The notes: generated by a model not told the origin, from the letters alone. 64,000 nucleotides of DNA from Squalus acanthias (GCA_030390025.1 CM059432.1:56856001-56920000), one strand, 5' to 3'; counted from the stretch's first letter, positions 51,653 through 64,000 are shown. Numbers and translations are program-made.

Positions 51653-53052
51653 TAAATTAAATTTGATTACATCAGTTTATTTCAACATAAGCATTTTCTT
51701 TTTCTGCCAATACATCAAATGCAGAAACATAAAATTGCATATGCAAATAAATTGAACTAATGAGAGAGGAAATATGAGGGCCAATCTTCTCCTGGTGCTG
51801 TCTGGGGGCAATTAGAGCAGAGCATGCTGAAACACAGAGCTCAGTGCCCGAACTTGCTCTCTGGCCTCATTAAAATAAAGAAATTGCACTTGGGGCATAG
51901 TATTGGCTGCAGTCATGAAGACAGAAGGAGGTCCAAGCACTTTCTAGGCTTTAAAGGCACCAGCACTGTTAAAGAGTCAAGCACAGAGAGCCAGAAAATT
52001 TGGGCTTTTCTTTGCAGATAATGGGGCAGGATTTTTAGATGGACATCTTCTGATTAAGAATGGTAAGTTGTAAATTAATCTATTTGTGCCAGAAGCTGTG
52101 AATTGGATATCAATGGTCTTCACTTTTATTTAATGCTTCTGTTCCGTGTGAATGAGTTTGTGCTGCTGTGCCACAGTTGGGATGGCAACAGTCTACTTTG
52201 TAGGGAACTAGCAAGAGTTGGGTGTCGAGCAGTAGGCAGAGGAACAAGGAAAACCAGTATGTGTATGAGGAACGATGGTGCGGAAACAGGAGGAGGGTTC
52301 TGGTTTGATTGTGAAGCCTCGCTTTTTATTCCAGGTTGCATGGAGCAGGTGCATGGTCAGAGAGAAGGGAGAATTTCTATTCTGGGGAGAGAAACAGTTG
52401 TTAGTGGCTTGAGAGGCTGAGGCAAATGACTTTAGCAGCTATCAAGGGGGCTTATGGTTATCTGATTCTAAATAACTTATAAATCTAAAGGGGGATGTGG
52501 GAGTTGCTCAGTACTGAACACTGCTTTCATTACTAAGTGTAAAAGACTAGCACCATTCTGCAACAAGTCCTGAAGCTGCAAAACCATTTTTTTAATATTC
52601 AATATTCAAAAATAAAGATTTCTCCTAACAATATCAGCTGTCCAATAAGGCAGCACCAAAAGAACCACTCTGGAATCAATTGTGCCAGATTTTTGTTAGA
52701 TCAGTTTGCTCTGAACTGCACCTAATACTATTGGAAGAAAATTGAGTGCAAAGGGCTCTGGTTTTATTTGCATGAACTTTACATTGCTACACCCTCTTCA
52801 GGTGTAGTCATATGCAGACACCAGAAAAGCCACAGTGGAAGTTTGTGTGTACTGCTATTCAGGAGCATAATGAAATGAAAGGATTTATGCCCATTTTCCT
52901 ATTTTTTGCACGTATTTTTTGCACATTTTGGGAGTCAGTGGAAAATCAGCCCTATGAAGTTGCACAAAATGCAAAAAAATTCAACATTCTATGAAATGTT
53001 CTCAGAATAGTGGTAATGACTCCCAATTGAATGGTGTTAAATTTGACATTTT

Positions 53053-54588
53053 GTCCCGAATTTTGCGGTGGGTATGATGGCGTACTCTCAGAATACGCTG
53101 TCATACCGCTTTGAAATCCATCGCAAACTTGGGATTTTTGTGCACCAAATCCTGAACTTGCGGTCTGTCAACGTGCCCATTGACAGGCCATCCGCTGCAC
53201 CACACAAAACCTAATTGCTGGCGTAGAGTTGGGCTATTTGCTCACCAACTGTCCAGTAATTACGTGTGGAAACTTTACGGCTGGTGGAAACAGGCGCAGG
53301 GCCTGTTTCCACAGCGTAAGGGGATACCCGAAATGGAAAAAAATGCTTTTTTTTAATTAAATGACATCAAGGAACATTAAAAGCTTTAATGAGAAGCAAT
53401 CCAAGTGTATGTTAAAGCTGCAGGTTTTTAAAAAAAATAATGTTTACATTTCATTACTTTCTGCACAATGCACAGAATTTGTTTAGAAGTGGGAATTTTG
53501 TGTAAGGAATTGGATTCCCACGATAAAAGCTAAATCTGTATGTATTTTAAAAACTGTAGCAATGAAGTAATGTAGTAATTTAAATGAATGAAAGACAATG
53601 GCCCATATTTTCCGATCCCTACGGGTGTGTACGAGCTGTGTACACACCCGTAGGGACCTCGCAAATGCCGGTTTCAGGCATGCGAGAAGCGCATGCGCTG
53701 AAAACCGTCACTTCCGATCTATCAAGAATCCTCTTGACAGAGCATCCGCCTGCCCTGGAGAAGGGCCTCTGCGGGTGGAGAGTTCCGCTTTCTGCAGAAC
53801 CTCCACCCGCTGAAATCCTTTAAAAATCTTACACCTGGTAAAAGCAGGCATAAGGCCTGCTTTTACCAGCATAAGAGTTTTAAAAAAGTTTTAAAAAAAA
53901 TGTTTTCACTCATTTATAATTTAAAAATACTTTTTAAAAAAAGGTAAGTTTATTTTAGCCCTGTAAAAAAACTTAAATTTTTTTTTCAAAAAATTAAATT
54001 TTTGTTTAAAATATTTAATTTAATGTAATTTTAACTAATTTTAAAAACGTGATTTAAAAAAAAAATTATTTAATGTTTTGATGTGTTTTTGGAGTGATTT
54101 CCATTCATACTTTTGACGGGTCTAAGCTGAGAGACCTGTCAAAAGTATGAAGGGGGATTCCTTTCTTTCATTGGTTCCCTATGGCCCACGTGATCCCAGG
54201 GATGCTTGCGAACCGCCTGCGCCCCTGGGATACCTGGGCCCTGCGCATTTCGTAGAGCAGAGGCCCAGGAGCGGAAATGTCCGGACCTCCGGAGCCCTCA
54301 GGTAAGGGCGTCGATTTTTTCCAGATCGGAGGCCTCCGCACGCAGGAAACCTCCGATCGGAAAATACGGGTCAATCTGTTTTCTGATTGGAGGACCAGGC
54401 CCACGTGATCCCAGGAACGCTTCTGCACAGGCTGCGTCCCTGGGATCCGTGGGCCATTACGTTGCCCTCCAGCACGCAGTGTCAGAGAGCAAGTTTACGA
54501 AGGAGGGCTGGCATCAGGTAGATGTGTATTTCCTTCGCAGGTCGGCGGCGTACTCCGGAGGTACGCTGCCAGCCGCAATTTTTGCCCC
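53053..54588 (+). mobile_element. Older Harbinger-like MITE containing a nested family A MITE
   Basis: Degenerate TIR gaattttgcgg / ccgcaattttt; ggcgtactc..tacgc subterminal hairpins at both ends. Confidence 0.6.
53600..54372 (+). mobile_element. PIF/Harbinger-like MITE, family A
   Basis: TIR GGCCCATATTTTCCGATC / GATCGGAAAATACGGGTC, AAT TSD. Confidence 0.87.
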
Positions 54589-56614
54589 ATTGTCTGTTGC
54601 ACAATTGTCAACAAAGTGAAACACCAGCTAAGAATGGGCATTCGTACTTACTAAGGTAATTATGCTGCAACTTAGTAGAATTATTTTCTGCATTTCTGAA
54701 TAAAAGGAACTGGGTGGTTGAAGTTTTTAAATTAATTTGGATGAGTTGGAATTACTTGGCATTATTCTCTCTTCCTGTTCTTTTTAGTGCCACTGTTTCT
54801 TAGCTGCTGCATTATTCACACAGCAATTGCTAATTGTCCAATCTAATCACACTAACATTAATTAGCAACAGCAGGTGGGTTAATAACAGTACATTCAGTG
54901 GCATTCATACACTGCAACTGTCATATAGGGAAAATCACCTTCTGTTGTCTGGAGCCAGGAATACTGCTACCAATATAACAGACCAGGAGACAAATGCTAA
55001 ATTAGGGCCGATCCTAGAAATATAGGGTGGTCACTCTGCTTCCATGGATTAGCTTTACGAATCCTCAAGGACTATAATGTCAAATTTTATTTGCAGAAAA
55101 ACTTTGGAAGGTATTACAGGCTAAAATATTGACATCAAATGGTAAGGAGTGTTACAAAATAGATATATTTCAGTATTTTAATTTTAGATACGATAAATCC
55201 GATATAAAAAAATAGGCTTTAGCCAGATGTATTTGTAAGGTATGCCTATTATTCCTCAGGCAGCATTGAATACTTAATTCACCAGACCTATCAGCATATT
55301 AGATGCTAAGAATTGGCTGATCGGGATGGGCTCTCTTTGTTTGTTCAGAAATTAATTAAGCCAAAAGCAAACTTGTTTGGTGGCTAGAGCAGCTGAACTG
55401 GAATGTTAATCTATGCAGACTGACAGACCATGGAATAGAGACATTTCTCTGATTGTTTAACCATTAAAGGGAGATGTTTGGAGGAAAACAGTAATACATA
55501 GACATTGACACCCCACTACGAGACTTCAAAAGTTTGGTTGTAATATGAAATAATTTCTATGACATAAATCACCACACAGATTGCTCATGTCTTCAGTTAT
55601 GACTGCAGATCCGAACCCCATGGATCAACTGGGAATCATGTCCCCCACATACAACATTTTCTTGTGAAAGAACATTTCATCCAGAAACACTGCTGATTAT
55701 TAAGCTATGTAAGAAATAATTTATAAAAAAGGATATTTAATTCCCAAGTGGACTGATTGTAACTTTATTGTTAAGTATTGTACATTCTAATTCTCTAGTG
55801 ATTCTTGGTTTCTGTATATTCTACCTATAAACAAATCTGATTTTAGTTTTACTCTGCACACATCACGGTTTGGCATTTTTCAACAGAGACAGGAGAACGC
55901 AGTGATCGTCCAATGTATCTTTGATGGATTATAAAACTTAATTAGGGAGTAATTGTTAATCCTGGGCATGCTACTCTACATAGAGGTTTTGGTTCATAGG
56001 GGACAATGCCTGCTTAAGGAAACCATCTTTTTGCCATGAATATAGGGCAAATGTATCAAGAGAAAACTAAAACTGTAATAGGGAGATTTCATTTTTATTA
56101 AGTTAAAATTTTCCAAAAGAAAAGTTAGTTGTACTTCTCTGCTGTTTATGGTTACATTGAAAGCTCTTTTTTATTGATCATGCCTCTTGTGTGTCTGACA
56201 GAAAGATTGGATGATAGATTTATTGCCACTATCTGTAAGTTATTGCATTTTGTTGTACTACAATTTCAAAAGCTAGTAAGATAATTGTGCTGGCTACTTA
56301 CTATGAATGTGTTTTCTGTTTGGTGAATATAACGAACAGAGAATTTGAAGTTCTAATTAGTTTGTATGAATAGGAAGCACTATTCTCTTTCCCAGTTTTC
56401 TTTTTAATGGTGCAGTTTCTTTGCTGCTGCGTCGTTCACCCAGCAGTTGCTTATTGTCCAATCTAATCATGCTAGCATTAATTAGCAACAACAGGAGAGT
56501 TAATGGCAGCAGAACATTCAATTGCATTAATGAGGTCTCATTCAATAGCTCTTCCTTCCCTGCTTTGTGCCTCTGGCCTGCATTGTGAATGATCTTAGTT
56601 ATAGTATAGGAGGA

Positions 56615-57375
56615 CATTGATGGCAAGGGGATAAATAGAGATATAGAACGGGAGTCTAAAAAGATGATTTAACATAAAGTGAGAGGAAATCCTATTAAAA
56701 ATGAGTGAAATTGTCTGTACAGCAATGCACACAATGTCCGTAATAAAATGGGAGCTGGAGGCAATCATGCGTTGCGAGGAACCAGACATAGTAGGGATTA
56801 CTGAGACATGGCTACAGAAAAATCAGGACTGGGAATTAAACATTGCAGGGTATAACATATTTAGAAAAGATAGAGAGGGAAAAAGGAGAGGTGAAGTAGC
56901 TGTACTTATTAGGGATAACATAATGGCAGTAGAAAAAGGTGACGCAGCTATCAGCAAGACAAAAATAGAATCCATATGGATAGAGATAAAAGATAATAAA
57001 GGATCAATCTCACTAACAGGCATAGTCTACAGACCACCTAATAGTGGAAGGGAGCTGAAGAAAGAAATATGCAGACAAATTAGGGAAATTAGTAAAAAAC
57101 ATAGAATAATAATCATGGGGGATTTCAACTACCCCGATATTAATTGGACAGAAGAGGTAGGTAAAGGGGATAAGGGAATGGAGTTCCTACAATGTGTACA
57201 GGACTCCTTTCTAACCCAATATGTAAAAAGCCCAAAAAGAGAGGATTCGCTATTGGATCTAGTAATGGGAAATGAACCAGAGCACATAAGAGAAATAAAA
57301 GTAGGGGAACATCTAGGCAATAGTGACCATAATATAATACGCTTTAAGATGATAATTGAGAAGGACATAAGTATG
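56615..57375 (+). mobile_element. CR1 APE endonuclease fragment
   Basis: PDIVGITETWL, IVYRPPNS, MGDFNYPDINW, LGNSDHN. Confidence 0.9.
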
Positions 57376-58550
57376 TCTCGAGCGGCTGCAGGGCATTCTG
57401 GAGGGGGAGGGTGAACAGCCAGTTGTTGTGGTGCATATAGGTACCAACGATATAGGTAAAAAATGGGATGAGGTCCTAAAAGCTGAATATAGGGAGTTAG
57501 AGGTAAATTAAAAAATAGGACCTCAAAGGTAGTAATCTCAGGATTGCTACCAGTGCCACGTGCTAGTCAGAGTAGAAATAGAAGGATATTTCAGATGAAT
57601 ACGTGGCTGGAGGAATGGTGCAAGGGGGAGGGATTCAAATTCCTGGGACATTGGAACCGATTCTGGGGGAGGTGGGACCAGTACAAACTGGACGGTCTGC
57701 ACCTGGGCAGGACCGGGACCGATGTCCTTGGGGGAGTGTTTGCTCGTGCTCTTAGGGAGGGTTTAAACTAAAATGGCAGGGGGTTGGGAACCTGTGCAGG
57801 GAAACCGAGGAAAGGGAAGCAAGGATAGAAGCAAAAGACAGGAAGGAGAAAAGCAAAGTTGGAAGTCAGAGAAATCAAGGGTGTAAATCAAACAGGGCCA
57901 CAGTAAATAATAATTCTAAAAGGACTAAGAGTGTTAAAAAAACAAGCCTGAAGGCTTTGTGTCTTAATGCGAGGAGCATTCGTAATAAGGTGGATGAATT
58001 AGCTGCACAAATGGATGTAAACGGATATGATATAATTAGGATTACAGAGACATGGCTCCAGAGTGACCAAGGCTGGGAATTCAACATCCAGGGGTATTCA
58101 ATATTCAGGAAGGACAGGCAAAAAGGAAAAGGAGGTGGGGTAGCATTGCTGGTTAAAGAGGAGATTAACACAATAGTAAGGAAGGATATTAGCTCTGATG
58201 ATGTGGCATCTGTATGGGTAGAGCTGAGAAATACCAAGGGGCAGAAAACGTTAGTGGGAGTTGTATACAGACCCCCAAACAGTAATGCTGAGGTTGGGGA
58301 TGGCATTAAATGGGAAATTAGAGACGCGTGCAATAAAGGCACAGCAGTCATCATGGGTGACTTCAATCTACATATAGATTGGGCTAATCAAGTTAGTAAC
58401 AATACTGTGGAGGAGGAATTCCTAGAGTGTATACGGGATGGTTTCCTGGACCAATATGTCGAGGAACCAACTGGAGATCAGGCCAAAATAACAACAGAAA
58501 ACGCTGGAAAAACTCAGCAGGCCAGGCAACATCCGTGGAGAGAGAAACAG

Positions 58551-58586
58551 AGTTAACGTTTCAGGTCGAAACCCTTCGTCGGAACT
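58551..58586 (-). ncRNA. Minimal hammerhead motif, U4C variant
   Basis: Reverse complement of 61735-61770. Confidence 0.7.
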
Positions 58587-58864
58587 GAGAGAAAAGCAAG
58601 AAATTAAACAGATAAAAATGCAAGGGGGAGGCTGGGGGGAGGAATAAAAGAACAAAAGGGTTGGTCTATGGTGAGTAGAGACATTAAGAGATGCTCAAGG
58701 CAAGACGAGATGGTAATGGGACAGGTTAAGAAACAAAAGCTGAGGTGTGAAAAGCTGGCAGAATGAGACAGCTGCCGTAGGGGGAGAGAGAGAAAGAAAA
58801 AAAAGGAAAAAGGCACGGACCAAAAGGGGTGAATAAAATGTATATATATGTGGGAGGGGCCGGG

Positions 58865-60600
58865 TTATGATCTGAAATTGTTGAACTCGATATTGAGTCC
58901 AGAAGGCTGTAAAGTGCCTAAACGAAAGATGAGGTGCTGTTCCTCGAGCTTACGCTGAGCTTCCGTGGAACAATGCACGAGGCCGAGGACAGTGAGGTCT
59001 GAGTGGGCGTGGAGGGGTGAATTAAAATGACAAGCGACCGGAAGCTCGGGGTCACCCTTACCGACTGAACGGAGGTGTTCCGCAAAGCGGTCACCCAATC
59101 TGCATTTGGTCTCCCCAATGTAGAGGAGACCACATCGTGAGCAGCGAATACAGTATACTAGATTGCAAGAAGTACAAGTAAATCGCTGTTTCACCTGGAA
59201 GGGGTGTTTGGGGCCCTGGAGAGTGGGAAGGGGGGATGTATAAGGGCAGGTGTTGCATCTCCTGCGCTTGCACGGGAAGGTGCCGGGTGAAGGGGAAGGG
59301 GTGCTGGGGGTGATAGAGGAGTGGACTAGGGTGTCTCGGAGGGAGCGGTCCCTACGGAATGCTGAAAGGGGAGGTGAGGGGAAGATACGTTTGGTGGTGG
59401 GATCACGTTGGAGGTGGCGGAAATGGCGGAGGATGATCCGTTGAATGTGGAGGCTGGTGGGGTGAAAGGTGAGGACAAGGGGAACTCTATCGTGGTTCCG
59501 GGAGGGAGGGGCCGGGGTGAGGGCAGAAGTGCGGGAGATGGAACGGACACGGTCGAGGGCCGTGTCGACCATGGTAGAGGGGAATGCTCGGTTGAGGAAA
59601 AAGGAAGACATGTCGGAAGCACTGGTATGGAAGGTGGCATCGTCGGAGCAGATGCGGCAGAGACGGAGAACCTGGGAGAAGGGAATAGAGTCCTTACAGG
59701 AGGCGGGGTGGGAGGAAGTGTAGTCCAGGTAGCTGTGGGAGTCAGTGGGCTTGTAGTGAATGTTGGTGAATAACCTATCCCCAGAGACGGAGACGGAGAA
59801 GTCGAGGAAGGGGAGGGAAGAGTCGGAGATGGACCATGTGAAGGTGAGGGAAGGGTGGAAATTGGAGGCAAAGTGAATGAAATTGTCTAGTTCGGGGCGA
59901 GAGCAGGAAACGGCACCGATACAGTCGTCAATGTACCGGAAAAAGAGGTGAGGGAGGGGACCCGAGTAGGACTGGAACAAAGAGTGTTCCACATATCCCA
60001 CGAAAAGGCAGGCATAGCTAGGACCCATGCGGGTACCCATAGCAACACCTTTGATTTGGAGGAAATGGGTGGAGTCAAAGGAGAAGTTGTTCAATGTGAG
60101 AACAAGTTCAGCCAGGCGGAGGAGGGTGGCGGTGGATGGGGACTGGTTGGGCCTCTGTTCAAGGAAGAAGCGGAGCGCCCTCAGGCCATCCTGGTGGGGG
60201 ATGGAGGTGTAGAGGGATTGTACGTCCATGGTGAAAAGGAGGCGGTTGGGGCCAGGAAACTGGAAACTGTTAAAGTGGCGGCGGGCGTCAGAGGAATCAC
60301 GGATGTAGGTGGGAAGGGACTGGACAAGGGGAGAAAAAATAGAGTCGAGATAGGAAGAGATAAGTTCCGTGGGGCAAGAGCAGGCTGAAACGATGGGTCT
60401 ACCAGGGCAGTCCTGTTTGTGGATCTTGGGAAGGAGGTAGAAGCGGGCTGTGCGAGGTTGGGGAACTATGAGGTTGGCGGCCGTGGGGGGAAGATCTCCA
60501 GAGGAGATGAGGTCAGTGACAGTCTTGGAAACGGTGGCTTGATGTTCGGTAGTGGGGTCATGGTCCAGGTGGAGGTAGGAGGAGGTGTCGGAGAGTTGGC
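58865..60600 (-). CDS. Penelope RT + GIY-YIG endonuclease, 5'-truncated, no stops
   Basis: LPKIHK..GRPIVS, MDVQSLYTSIP, GVAMGTRMGP, FRYIDD, CKRRRCNTC, LVY..C..C..YIGET. Confidence 0.93.
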
Positions 60601-61454
60601 CTTCCTCCCACCCCGCCTCCTGTAAGGACTCTATTCCCTTCTCCCAGTTTCTCCGTCTCCGCCGCATCTGCGCCGACGATGCCACCTTCCATACCAGTGC
60701 TTCCGACATGTCTTCTTTTTTCCTCAACCGAGCATTCCCCTCTACCATGGTCGACACGGCCCTCGACCGTGTCCGTTCCATCTCCCGCACTTCTGCCCTC
60801 ACCCCGGCCCCTCCCTCCCGGAACCACGATAGAGTTCCCCTTGTCCTCACCTTTCACCCCACCAGCCTCCACATTCAACGGATCATCCTCCGCCATTTCC
60901 GCCACCTCCAACGTGATCCCACCACCAAACGTATCTTCCCCTCACCTCCCCTTTCAGCATTCCGTAGGGACCGCTCCCTCCGAGACACCCTAGTCCACTC
61001 CTCTATCACCCCCAGCACCCCTTCCCCTTCACCCGGCACCTTCCCGTGCAAGCGCAGGAGATGCAACACCTGCCCTTATACATCCCCCCTTCCCACTCTC
61101 CAGGGCCCCAAACACCCCTTCCAGGTGAAACAGCGATTTACTTGTACTTCTTGCAATCTAGTATACTGTATTCGCTGCTCACGATGTGGTCTCCTCTACA
61201 TTGGGGAGACCAAACGCAGATTGGGTGACCGCTTTGCGGAACACCTCCGTTCAGTCGGTAAGGGTGACCCCGAGCTTCCGGTCGCTTGTCATTTTAATTC
61301 ACCCCTCCACGCCCACTCAGACCTCACTGTCCTCGGCCTCGTGCATTGTTCCACGGAAGCTCAGCGTAAGCTCGAGGAACAGCACCTCATCTTTCGTTTA
61401 GGCACTTTACAGCCTTCTGGACTCAATATCGAGTTCAACAATTTCAGATCATAA
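60601..61454 (+). CDS. Penelope thumb/linker + GIY-YIG (inverted duplicate)
   Basis: Nearly identical to the C-terminal part of the minus-strand ORF. Confidence 0.9.
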
Positions 61455-61734
61455 CCCCGGCCCCTCCCACATATATATACATTTTATCCACCCCTTTTGG
61501 TCCGTGCCTTTTTCCTTTTTTTTTCTTTCTCTCTCTCCCCCTACGGCAGCTGTCTCATTCTGCCAGCTTTTCACACCTCAGCTTTTGTTTCTTAACCTGT
61601 CCCATTACCATCTCGTCTTGCCTTGAGCATCTCTTAATGTCTCTACTCACCATAGACCAACCCTTTTGTTCTTTTATTCCTCCCCCCAGCCTCCCCCTTG
61701 CATTTTTATCTGTTTAATTTCTTGCTTTTCTCTC

Positions 61735-61770
61735 AGTTCCGACGAAGGGTTTCGACCTGAAACGTTAACT
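61735..61770 (+). ncRNA. Minimal type I hammerhead motif, U4C variant
   Basis: AGTT-CCGACGA-A-GGGT(TTCG)ACCT-GAAA-CG-TT-AACT. Confidence 0.72.
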
Positions 61771-64000
61771 CTGTTTCTCTCTCCACGATGTTGCCTGGCC
61801 TGCTGAGTTTTTCCAGCGTTTTCTGTTGTTATTTAGAGATCAGGCCATCTTAGACTGGGTATTATGTAATGAGAAAGGATTAATTAGCAATCTTGTTGTG
61901 CAAGGCCCCTTGGGGAGGAGCGATCATAATAGGATAGAATTCTTCATTAAGATGGAGAGTGAAGTAGATGACTCAGAGACTGCAGGTCCTGAATTTAAAT
62001 ACAGGGAACTATGATGGTATGAGGCGCGAGTTGGCTAGGATGGATTGGGGAGCGTTACTTAAAGGGTTGATGGTGGATAGGCAATGGCAAACATTTAAAG
62101 ATCGCATGGATGAACTACAGAATTTGTTCATCCCTGTTTGGCATAAAAATGAAACAAAAAAGCTGACTCGACCGTGGCTAACAAGGGAAATTAGGGATAG
62201 CATAAGATCCAAGGAGAGGACATATAAATTGGCCAGAAAAAGCAGCAAACCTGAGGATTGGGAGCAGTTTAGGATTCAGCAAAGGAGGACAAAGGGATTA
62301 ATTAAGAGGGGGGAAATAGAATATGAGAGTAAGCTTTCAGGGAACATAAAAACTGACTATAAAAGCTTCTATAGATATGTGTAGAGAAAAAGATTGGTGA
62401 AGTCAAGCGTAGGTCCCTTGCAGTCAGAATCAGGGGAATTTATAATGGGGAATAAAGAAATGGCAGGCCAATTAAATACATACTTTGTTGTGTCTTCACA
62501 AAGGAGGAGACAAATAACCTCCCAGAGATGTTGGGGAACATAGGGTCTAATGAGAGGGAGGAATTGAATGAAATCAGTATTTGTAGGGAAATGGTGTTAG
62601 GGAAATTGACGGGATTGAAGGCCGATAAATCCCCAGGGCTTGATAATCTACATCCTAGGGTACTTAAGGAAGTGGCCCTAGAAATAGTAGATGCATTGCT
62701 GGTCATCTTCCAAAGTCTATAGACTCTGGAACAGTTCCCATGGATTGGAGGGTAGCTAATGTAACCCCACTATTCAAAAAAGGTGGTAGAGAGAAAACGG
62801 GGAATTATAGCCTGACATCGATAGTGGGGAAAATGCTAGAGTCCATTATAAAAGATGCAATAGCAGAGCACTTGGAAAACAGTGACAGGATCGGACAAAG
62901 TCAACATGGATTTACAAAAGGTAAATCATGCTTGACTAATCTACTGGAATTTTTTGAGGATGTAACTGGTAGAATAGGTAAGGGAGAAACAGTGGATGTG
63001 GTGTATTTGGACTTTCAGAAGGCTTTCGATAAGGTCCCGCATAAGAGATTAGCGTGCAAAGTTAAAGCACATGGAATTGGGGGTAAGGTACTGACTTGGA
63101 TAGAGAACTGGTTGGCAGACAGGAAGCAAAGAGTTGGAATAAATGGGTCTTTTTCCGAGTGGCAGGCAGTGACTAGTGGGGTACCGCAGGGATCGGTGCT
63201 AGGGACCCCAGCTATTCACAATATATATTAATGATCTAGACGAGGGAACTAGATGTAATATCTCCAAGTTTGCAGACAACACAAAGCTGGGTGGGCGTGT
63301 GTGCTGAGAGGAGGATGCAGAGAAACTCCAGTATGATTTGGACAGGTTGGGTGATTGGGCAGATGCATGGCAGATGCAGTATAATGTAGATAAATGCGAG
63401 GTTATCCACTTTGGTGGCAAAAACAGGAAGACAGATTATTATCTGAACGGCAATAGATTGGGAAAAGGGGAAGTGCAACGAGACCTGGGTGTCTTGTGCA
63501 CCAGTCGCTGAAGGTAAGTATGCAGGTGCAACAGGCGGTTAAGAAGGCAAATGGTATGTTAGCCTTCATAGCGAGAGGATTCGAGTACAGGAGCAAGGAT
63601 GTCTTGCTGCAGTTGTACAGGGCCTTGGTGAGACCACACCTTGAGTATTGTGTGCAGTTTTGGTCGCCTTATCTGAGAAAGTATATTCTTGCCATGAGGG
63701 AGTGCAGCGAAGATTCACCAGACTGATACCTGGGATGGCAGGAATGACGTATGAAGAGAGATTGGGTCGATTAGGCTTATATTCGCAAGAGTTTAGAAGA
63801 ATGAGAGGGGATCTCATTGAAACTTATAAAATTCTAACAGGACTAGACAGACTAGATGCAGGAAGGATGTTCCTGATGGCGGAGGAGTCCAGAACCAGAG
63901 GTCACAGTCTAAGGATAAGGGGTAAGCCATTTAGGACTGAGATGAGGAGGAATTTCTTCACCCAGAGAGTGGTGAACCTGTGGAATTCTCTACCATAGAA

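Larger units (their letters stand above)
58486..61835. mobile_element. Penelope-like retroelement, head-to-head inverted insertion
   Basis: Minus copy 60600->58486 and plus copy 60601->61834; 1.23-kb near-identical arms; 12-bp TSD GAGATCAGGCCA. Confidence 0.95.
57376..64000 (+). mobile_element. CR1 LINE (ORF1 C-terminus + frameshifted ORF2), interrupted by Penelope, runs off the window
   Basis: VHIGTNDIG, DGLHL; CLNARSIRNK APE; YLDFQKAFDKVPH RT; reading EPT.DQ/AILDWVL resumes after 61835. Confidence 0.93.

Noticed and set aside
56701..58556. 237-aa and 199-aa endonuclease ORFs as host genes
   Set aside because: CR1 APE fragments ending at TE junctions
60601..60850. N-terminal ~84 aa of the 661-aa minus-strand ORF as a novel domain
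   Set aside because: It is antisense read-through of the inverted arm; the same peptide appears at 59469-59723

Overview
Eukaryotic, repeat-rich DNA, most likely from a shark or other elasmobranch (inferred from HE1/V-type and Deu-domain SINEs plus dense CR1, L2 and Penelope elements). No complete host gene is visible. There are three phase-compatible candidate + strand exons (4062-4223, 8948-9066, 17882-17946) and a repeat-poor block (~32.9-37.7 kb) with CNE-like sequence, consistent with long introns. Most six-frame ORFs are fragments of CR1/L2 LINEs or a Penelope RT/GIY-YIG ORF. The most striking signal is four Penelope-type insertions carrying minimal type I hammerhead ribozyme motifs. 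Three are head-to-head inverted structures with both 3' ends outward and 12-14 bp TSDs: a 233-bp non-coding palindrome with a hammerhead on each strand (12693-12925), a 269-bp insertion (43765-44033) and a 3.35-kb insertion with 1.23-kb arms (58486-61835). The fourth (49776-50415) has only a short terminal inversion. Also present are Harbinger-like, pogo-like and hAT-like MITEs, a SINE with a 57-bp TSD, and SINEs built from both ends of a resident LINE. All family names come from motif recognition; no database search was run.
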